The notes beneath the pieces were generated by a model. It was given only the letters and a program-made list of their open reading frames with translations. It had not been told where the DNA came from and did no database searches. A stretch of 64,000 bases of DNA from Thermoproteota archaeon (GTDB lineage: Archaea; Korarchaeota; Korarchaeia; Korarchaeales; Korarchaeaceae): NCBI GenBank assembly GCA_026986575.1, contig JALSOH010000004.1, positions 224,001 through 288,000 of the forward strand. Direction: 5' to 3'. Positions 58,865-64,000 of the stretch are shown here, piece by piece. The translations under genes and the position numbers were made by a program. Position 1 is the stretch's first letter. Each line of letters starts with the position of its first letter.

Positions 58865-60563
58865 GATAATCCTCAATGTCCTCACCGCTGAGCCATACAC
58901 CCCTTATTTCCTTAATTAGTTCCCTACTCTCCTCAGCTGAGTTAGCGTACTCCATCTCATCCAGTACCATCCTAACGGCACCGCTCTCCAAGTAGGTGGC
59001 CCTTCCCCTGACTATCACTTCCCGACCCATCATCTCTCCCGCTATCTTATCGGTTGGTACGGAATGGGAGGGCTCTCCTAACTCGTCAGCTGCTTTTATC
59101 ACGTCCTCGGTGCTCATTCCTAGTATCCTCTCAGCCCTATCCCTGAAGGCCACGACCCTCGCTATCCCCGTGCCATCATCTATTGTGAATGTGAGGTAGA
59201 GCAGCGGGGTGGCCCTCTCCAACTCACCGCAATTGGGACAATGAAATCTACCGTACTCAAACTCCACACGCGCACCGCAGTTAGGACAGTGCCAAGTCAC
59301 CCTCGCAGTATCTGAGAACGAGATGACGGTCCCCCTGAACTCCCTTAGGCCATCGGATGACTCGCCTATCCACATCCTCCTGTACTTTATCTTCTTAGCC
59401 GCCTTTTCCAGTTTAGTAGGAATTGGCTGCGAAATCTTCTCGAGAATCTCGACCGTTCCGGACCTACTAAGGACGATTAATCCATCATCATCGGTGTATA
59501 CTGGCCCAAACCTGAGCCTGAAGGGAGGACTCTCTTCGGACAGCAGATCTGCCCAATCTCCCCAGACCCTCAGGATCTCTAAGGAACCATCGATCTCAAC
59601 CAGTAAGTCGAGGAATTTCCTACCCTTGGTTCCTATCTCCTCCAAAGGGAATGAGAAGAGAACTGTACCCTCCAGCATTCCGCTGCTACCCTCTTCTAGG
59701 ACTTCCAATTTAGTGCGCGGCGTGGAGTGCAGCTCTAGTGAGTCGTCCCTCATGACTACCCTAGCATCGGTGAGGATAACGGTAGATCCCTCCACGATTC
59801 TATCCGTCAGGGGGGCCCTGTCTCCCCAGAGAACAACTCTCACCACGTCTCCTTCCTCGTCCCTTATTAGGAAGGAGCCCCTCCTGCCGATACTGCCATC
59901 GCTTCTAGTGAATTCTGAGACAGGATAGACCCTAATAACCGTCCCCTTGAAATCGACCACGTCACCATCTTTGTCGTAGAGTTCCCTCACCTTCAGGATT
60001 TTTCTCTCCTCCACCGGGAGATCCTCATAACCGCTGGGTAGGACCTCTATGTCCGAACCGGAGTCGAGGTGCAGGGCGACCCTACCGAACCTCTCCGAGA
60101 CTCTCGCGTTGGTCACCTTGATCACGTCGCCCTCTCCTATCTCCCCCCTGCGTATCCTGTCGACCAAACTCTTCGACCAGACAATGACATCTATGTGCCC
60201 AGTCTCATCTGCTAGTTTGAACTCGGCCCTCTCAGATGGCTCCCCGCTTCTGTTGACGTAGTTGAGTATACCGTACATCCTCACTATCTTTCCTTGTACG
60301 GTGGCCTTCCTCATACCGGGAACTAGCTTGCTAATCTTGATGGTTGGGTAGTGAACCTGTTCATCCTTGGACACCTGACCTACATCGAGCTCGACGGCTA
60401 TGAGGGAGAGGGCGCCATCGGGTTTAACGAGACCCTTCATTTCCTCCACATACCTCCTTACCCTCTCCAGCACATCCTCTACTGTAAGGCCAGCTTTGGA
60501 AGCCACTAATCTCACTTTCTCCATGAACTCCTCGTCAAAACCCTCATCATGTCCAGTCTCCAA
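58857..60563 (-). CDS. rpa: Replication protein A (multi-OB fold + Zn finger)
   Basis: Repeated OB folds (LADETG...VW; IRDEEG...LWG; IDDGTG), CPNC..CPNC. Confidence 0.85.
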   Translation of the reverse strand: METGHDEGFDEEFMEKVRLVASKAGLTVEDVLERVRRYVEEMKGLVKPDGALSLIAVELDVGQVSKDEQVHYPTIKISKLVPGMRKATVQGKIVRMYGILNYVNRSGEPSERAEFKLADETGHIDVIVWSKSLVDRIRRGEIGEGDVIKVTNARVSERFGRVALHLDSGSDIEVLPSGYEDLPVEERKILKVRELYDKDGDVVDFKGTVIRVYPVSEFTRSDGSIGRRGSFLIRDEEGDVVRVVLWGDRAPLTDRIVEGSTVILTDARVVMRDDSLELHSTPRTKLEVLEEGSSGMLEGTVLFSFPLEEIGTKGRKFLDLLVEIDGSLEILRVWGDWADLLSEESPPFRLRFGPVYTDDDGLIVLSRSGTVEILEKISQPIPTKLEKAAKKIKYRRMWIGESSDGLREFRGTVISFSDTARVTWHCPNCGARVEFEYGRFHCPNCGELERATPLLYLTFTIDDGTGIARVVAFRDRAERILGMSTEDVIKAADELGEPSHSVPTDKIAGEMMGREVIVRGRATYLESGAVRMVLDEMEYANSAEESRELIKEIRGVWLSGEDIEDYHG

Positions 60564-60565
60564 CC

Positions 60566-61606
60566 TTAAACACCCGAGCCCTCCACCTCCACAACCGACG
60601 GCCTATTCAACCCACCCTCCACTCTAAACTTAACCGGTAGGAATTTCTCCACCAGCCATATATTACTTTCAGCGTGCAAAGTCAGCCTCGAGATGCCTAT
60701 CCTCGACCTCCCCGAGGCTATTGCCAAGTAGGGAATTATCATATCCCCTGAATGGTTGTCAAAAGCCATCTCGGTATCCAACTCCTCCAATAACTTGGTT
60801 GCAGCGTTCTTTCCAACCATCTCACTAGGCTTACCCCTCTCTCCAAGATCATCAGCGCCTATAACTGGCTCACTTTCAGTCCAGAGGACTATGCCAGCAC
60901 CCGGACCTAGGTGCCCGTCCTGGGACCAGTCCTCCTCTATTAGCACTTTGAACCCCCTGCCTTTCAATAACTCACTCGCTGCCCTGATCATCCTCCTCGT
61001 GACATGCCTGGGTAGCTTTACCGCGTGTGCTCTTCCCCTGATTAGAGAGATGTCATCCCTCTTCACCTCATCGAGACCTGAGAGGTCCGATGGCTGCACC
61101 CTCAGCTCCACCATTCCGCCGCCCTTTGGATAGTGGCCTCTCTTGATCAGTCTAATTTCCGCATGGGCTCCCATCATAGCGATATTCGGGAGGAAGACCT
61201 CTCTCATGTAGTCGATGGGAGGTGCCATGGGAACATCCGTTCCTCCCCTGATGAGGAACCTCACTCCGCTGTCAGATGTCAGGCAAGCTGGCAGCAACGC
61301 TTGAATCACAAGAGTCACGCTTCCAGCCGTACCTATATCTACCTCAAACGCCCCTCCTCTCTTATTCCTAGGTACGAAGAGCACTCGAGTGGAACCCACC
61401 CTAGCTCCTTCCACATGCGCTTCCGTTAGCTTAGCGAGGGCCATCACAGCATTGAGATGCTGTGGCCTAAGGCCCGGTTTCTTCCTCTTGGCCCTTATAT
61501 TGTACACCTCAACAGGCTTGAGCGTGACGGCGGACAAGGATAAGGCGTATCTGAGTATGGACCCCCCACCCTCTCCGTAACTTCCGTCGATCCTTATAGG
61601 CTCCAT
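60566..61606 (-). CDS. rtcA: RNA 3'-terminal phosphate cyclase
   Basis: DGSYGEGGG, RAKRKKPGLRPQH, TAGSVTL, GGTDV, GHYPKGGG, TLH. Confidence 0.95.
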   Translation of the reverse strand: MEPIRIDGSYGEGGGSILRYALSLSAVTLKPVEVYNIRAKRKKPGLRPQHLNAVMALAKLTEAHVEGARVGSTRVLFVPRNKRGGAFEVDIGTAGSVTLVIQALLPACLTSDSGVRFLIRGGTDVPMAPPIDYMREVFLPNIAMMGAHAEIRLIKRGHYPKGGGMVELRVQPSDLSGLDEVKRDDISLIRGRAHAVKLPRHVTRRMIRAASELLKGRGFKVLIEEDWSQDGHLGPGAGIVLWTESEPVIGADDLGERGKPSEMVGKNAATKLLEELDTEMAFDNHSGDMIIPYLAIASGRSRIGISRLTLHAESNIWLVEKFLPVKFRVEGGLNRPSVVEVEGSGV

Positions 61607-61673
61607 ACAGATGGGAAGGCCCTGTGTTCCCCTTTAAATAGCATTCCCTTGTCCTTTAGACCGGTGAAAGGGG

Positions 61674-62315
61674 ATGGCGGGGACGAGGATAAAGTTCGTC
61701 ATAGAGGAGGTGGACGGTAGGTACGTGGGAATAGGAGTCGGCGGAAGGGAGCTCTACTGCAATACGATCCCCCTTCCCTCCAAAGAGGAGGCGGAGGCCG
61801 ACCTGAGAGCTACCTGCTACTCAGCTTGGGGAGATTCATTGGATCTAATGCCTGAATACCACATACCCTCGGCCTACAGATTGGCCCTCCTGATAAGTAA
61901 GCTATTCTCCGGAGAGAGCGTAGATCTCTCCGGGATCAGACTGGCCCGCCATCCCCGGGAGAAATTTTGGAACGCCATTCTGCTGATGAGCTCCATCCCG
62001 AGGGGCATGGTAACAACTTACGGGGAGCTTGCGAGGGCTTTGGGCACATCACCGAGGGCCGCCGGAAACTACGCCTCTCGAAACCCGTTTCCACTCATAG
62101 TCCCCTGCCACAGGGTGATAAGGAGCGACATGAGGATAGGAGGCTACAGCTACGGCCCTATACTGAAAGCGTCACTGTTAATTGCTGAAGGTGTGAAGGT
62201 GGACTTCGACACCGGCAAGGTAGATCCCTCAAGGGTAATCAGATCCGAGGAATTACTGTCCCTTAAGGAGGTGCGGGGAATTGTCAGTTACCACCAAACC
62301 CATCTTCGCATCTGA
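61674..62315 (+). CDS. ogt: Methylated-DNA--protein-cysteine methyltransferase
   Basis: IPRGMVTTYGELA, NPFPLIVPCHRV, GGY. Confidence 0.9.
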   Translation: MAGTRIKFVIEEVDGRYVGIGVGGRELYCNTIPLPSKEEAEADLRATCYSAWGDSLDLMPEYHIPSAYRLALLISKLFSGESVDLSGIRLARHPREKFWNAILLMSSIPRGMVTTYGELARALGTSPRAAGNYASRNPFPLIVPCHRVIRSDMRIGGYSYGPILKASLLIAEGVKVDFDTGKVDPSRVIRSEELLSLKEVRGIVSYHQTHLRI

Positions 62316-63564
62316 CTTCGGTACCTCATACTACAAGTTCGGGCCTTGGTGGCTCATGAAGACCGGGCCCGACATGGTGGAGAACAGGGGGTACTTTCCC
62401 AGAATATCGAAGCTCTCTGCCGAGGTCAGGGGCATTAAATCGAGGGAGGTAGTTGTAGGTAATGAGGTAACAGAGTACTTGGAATCTAAGGCTGACCTAT
62501 CTAGGCTCTACTACCCCATGAGAAACGGCATAGTGGAGAGGGGAGATGAGAGGGGTTGGAAGGTAATAAAGGAGCTCGTGAGATACGGGCTTCTCAAATA
62601 CCACCCTGGGAGAACGGACTCTACCGGAGTTCCCTTCCACGGTTTCTTCGTAGTCGCATCGCTAGCTGCACAAGCACCGACATACATGTACGAGAGGCTG
62701 TTTGAGATTCACAAGGAGGTGAACGCCGAGGAAGGAGGTGGCCTTGTAAGGGCGGTTACCATAATACCGCAGCCGTTAGCGGTTGCCATAGCGGAGAAGG
62801 CGGTGACGTGTGTTGTGGTTGAGGCAGGGCACGGAAACACCCAGATAACGCCCATAAGCAGGGACGTGATTAAGGCTGCCTTGATCCCCCTCAACAGGGG
62901 AGGAAGCGATTCGGACAGGATCGCAGCTCAGATCCTGAAGGATCTCGGTTACTCCGACTTAGCTAGGGAGGAGAAATTCGTCCGCATATTCAAGGAATCC
63001 GTTGGTCTCCTCCCCTTAGACGTGGATAAAGCCATATCTTGGGCTAAGGATCATCCTAGCGCGCTACAATCAGTCTTCCGCATTCCCGGTACTACAGTGG
63101 AGGTGGACATGGGAGATAAGGCGTGGCAGAGGTTCCTCATAGGCGAGTTCTTCTTCAATCCCGGACACGAGATCTTCGAGAGCTACTACTCTAGGGGCTT
63201 CACACCACCCAAGGACACTCTCGTGGGAGGTGAAGTGATCCCAGGGGACGTGAGTCTGGCTGAAGCTATAAGGGAAGCCATTTCTAAGACCCCAGTGGAG
63301 CTTCAGTCGTCCATAGTGAGGCACATTATCCTATCGGGAGGGGCCTTCAACTGGCAAGTCCCCAAAGGGTTGGAGGGAATAGCCACGGACTCGCCGACCA
63401 AGCTTAAGGTGATGATGAAATCCGTGGGGCTGGAAACCGATCCCAAGATGGTCTCGGATCCCCAGTTCAGCGTGTGGAGAGGGGCCATAGTCTACGGATT
63501 GGCGGTCGGGGAAGGAATTAAGTGGGACTGGGGAAAGATGGAGGGCTGGTTCTATGTGGAATGA
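62281..63564 (+). CDS. Crenactin (archaeal actin homolog)
   Basis: SDFGTSYYKFG (phosphate 1), YPMRNG, IPQPLAVAIAE, VEAGHGNTQ (phosphate 2), LSGGA, SVWRGA; AGGAGGTG SD. Confidence 0.9.
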   Translation: MSVTTKPIFASDFGTSYYKFGPWWLMKTGPDMVENRGYFPRISKLSAEVRGIKSREVVVGNEVTEYLESKADLSRLYYPMRNGIVERGDERGWKVIKELVRYGLLKYHPGRTDSTGVPFHGFFVVASLAAQAPTYMYERLFEIHKEVNAEEGGGLVRAVTIIPQPLAVAIAEKAVTCVVVEAGHGNTQITPISRDVIKAALIPLNRGGSDSDRIAAQILKDLGYSDLAREEKFVRIFKESVGLLPLDVDKAISWAKDHPSALQSVFRIPGTTVEVDMGDKAWQRFLIGEFFFNPGHEIFESYYSRGFTPPKDTLVGGEVIPGDVSLAEAIREAISKTPVELQSSIVRHIILSGGAFNWQVPKGLEGIATDSPTKLKVMMKSVGLETDPKMVSDPQFSVWRGAIVYGLAVGEGIKWDWGKMEGWFYVE

Positions 63565-64000
63565 ACCATCTCTTGGAATTGAATGGCGTTTTCGAAGCTG
63601 AAATAGGAGTTATTGAACAGCACGTAGTTCTCCCTCAAGGACCACCCCTCCACAATCTCTCTAAGCCTTTCTAACTCTTCCTTCCCGTACTTGTGGGAAT
63701 ATATGATTTTCTTCCCCTCCCTCCTACCATGCAACCTGTAGTATCGGATCTTACCATAAACGGGAGCTTCGTACATGGGATCCACAACGTGAGAGATCCC
63801 TAGGTCCTCCAGAAGGTCCCTGAACTTCGGGCTCTTGAGCCAACCAGCCTCTCTGACCTCCCATGCCAGTAGAAAGCCCCCCGAGATGGTGGAGAAGAAC
63901 TCTCGCGCGTTGGCGAGATTGACCTCGTTGAATTCGAAGGAGGGCGGGCTTTGAAAAACTACAACACTTGCTCCTAGCTCCTTCACCGGAACTTCGAATT
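63552..64000 (-). CDS. DUF72 family protein, 5' partial
   Basis: VFQSPPSF, WEVR, VVDP, YYRLHG, YVLFNN. Confidence 0.85.
   Translation of the reverse strand, partial: FEVPVKELGASVVVFQSPPSFEFNEVNLANAREFFSTISGGFLLAWEVREAGWLKSPKFRDLLEDLGISHVVDPMYEAPVYGKIRYYRLHGRREGKKIIYSHKYGKEELERLREIVEGWSLRENYVLFNNSYFSFENAIQFQEMVHST

Noticed and set aside
1-64000. CRISPR arrays, rRNA genes, IS transposases, inteins, tRNA introns
   Set aside because: None seen: no regularly spaced repeats, no rRNA-like stretches, no transposase motifs; the three tRNAs are intronless, and AtpA and Lhr show no intein-sized insertions.

Overview
Archaeal chromosome segment, most consistent with a Korarchaeia (Ca. Korarchaeum-like) thermophile. 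This is inferred from crenactin, a short XPF, a multi-OB RPA, class I LysRS, FBP aldolase/phosphatase and GGTGA-type SD sites. Positions 1-41.8 kb and 52.9-64 kb are dense core genome: RNase Z, Trm11, NOG1, proteasome beta, TFB-RpoP-Sec11-TBP-FBPA/P, TIM, LysRS, Alba, RpoK, thermosome, Lhr, HPS, WecB, a complete A1A0 ATP synthase split into two convergent blocks, a 2-oxoacid:ferredoxin oxidoreductase (delta-alpha-beta), agmatinase, HflX, UbiD, AsnRS, XPF, RPA, RtcA, Ogt, crenactin and three tRNAs (Thr-GGT, Gly-TCC, Leu-TAA). About 41.8-52.9 kb is a decaying integrated element. It carries frameshifted or stopped remnants of a tyrosine integrase, a VirD4/HerA-like ATPase, a Schlafen/AlbA_2 domain and an MCM-like ATPase. 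Inside it sits one fully intact module, the best candidate for an undescribed system: an AbrB-like regulator divergent from a ParB-HTH-DUF488 fusion and a conserved-looking 301-aa partner, with two perfect CCTATATAGG palindromes between them. All calls come from motif recognition by eye; no database searches were run.
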